In this document: piece after piece, positions 24,774 to 24,982 of the stretch
How the letters are laid out: every line of letters begins with the position of its first letter
Position numbering within the stretch: the stretch's first letter is position 1
Assembly (NCBI GenBank): GCA_040377305.1
Contig: JBEIPA010000045.1
Coordinates: 1-24,982, forward strand
Source: Flavobacteriales bacterium
Lineage (GTDB): Bacteria > Bacteroidota > Bacteroidia > Palsa-965
Direction: 5' to 3'
Length of the DNA stretch: 24,982 nt
Position numbers and translations under genes: made by a program
The notes under the pieces: generated by a model
What the model saw: the letters and a program-made list of their open reading frames with translations, nothing else
Told to the model about the DNA's origin: nothing
Databases searched by the model: none

Positions 24774-24982
24774 TCCCGACACCCTGCAGGAGTTAAACGC
24801 TTGCAGGGTTATTGCCAAACCGACACCCTGCAGGAGTTAAACGCTTGCAGGGTTACTACCATCCCGACACCCTGCAGGAGTTAAACGCTTGCAGGGTTAC
24901 TACCATCCCGACACCCTGTAGGAGTTAAACGCTTGCAGGGTTACTACCATCCCGACACCCTGCAGGAGTTAAACGCTTGCAG
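24774..24982 (+). repeat. Head-to-tail array of 44-bp palindromic REP-like units (at least 5, truncated by window end)
   Basis: The unit is CCGACACCCTGCAGGAGTTAAACGCTTGCAGGGTTA plus an 8-nt linker (TTGCCAAA once, CTACCATC three times). Palindrome starts are at 24781, 24825, 24869, 24913 and 24957, an exact period of 44. Unit 4 has one C>T change. Confidence 0.95.

Noticed and set aside
24774-24982. CRISPR array
   Set aside because: The 36-nt palindromic repeat looks CRISPR-like, but the intervening segments are only 8 nt and three of four are identical. There are no cas genes in the window, and the adjacent gene is a RAYT with inverted copies upstream. Sequence beyond the window edge cannot be assessed.

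Overview
Bacteroidota-type chromosomal segment, judged from TAnnTTTG-like -7 promoter motifs, A-rich start contexts without Shine-Dalgarno sequences, a T9SS cargo protein, and the purC-phoH-DUF62 and birA-rsfS-ftsH-LUD-cdsA-psd neighbourhoods. The housekeeping backbone is purC, phoH, birA, rsfS, ftsH, cdsA, a glutamate dehydrogenase and psd. It is interleaved with envelope and signalling genes: an M61/PDZ protein lacking HExxH, a TPR-SpoIIE phosphatase, two beta-barrels, a stand-alone PAS protein and a LamG/T9SS repeat protein. The most notable content is two different HUH Y1 transposase-family genes, each with its own palindromic repeat family. (i) An IS200-like tnpA (16369-16833) is preceded by four nested REP-like hairpins. 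(ii) A RAYT-like gene (24096-24773) is followed immediately by a head-to-tail 44-bp palindrome array of at least 5 units that runs off the window. It is preceded by two inverted copies of the same palindrome and a 10-bp-period tandem array, and lies head-to-head with an EEP nuclease/phosphatase gene. Other oddities are an RsfS with a histone-H1-like Lys/Ala N-terminal extension, a divergent tandem cold-shock-like protein, a DUF62 protein with an altered active site, and several further intergenic inverted or short-tandem repeat families. No rRNA, tRNA or true CRISPR array was recognised. All family assignments come from motif recognition by eye, with no database searches.
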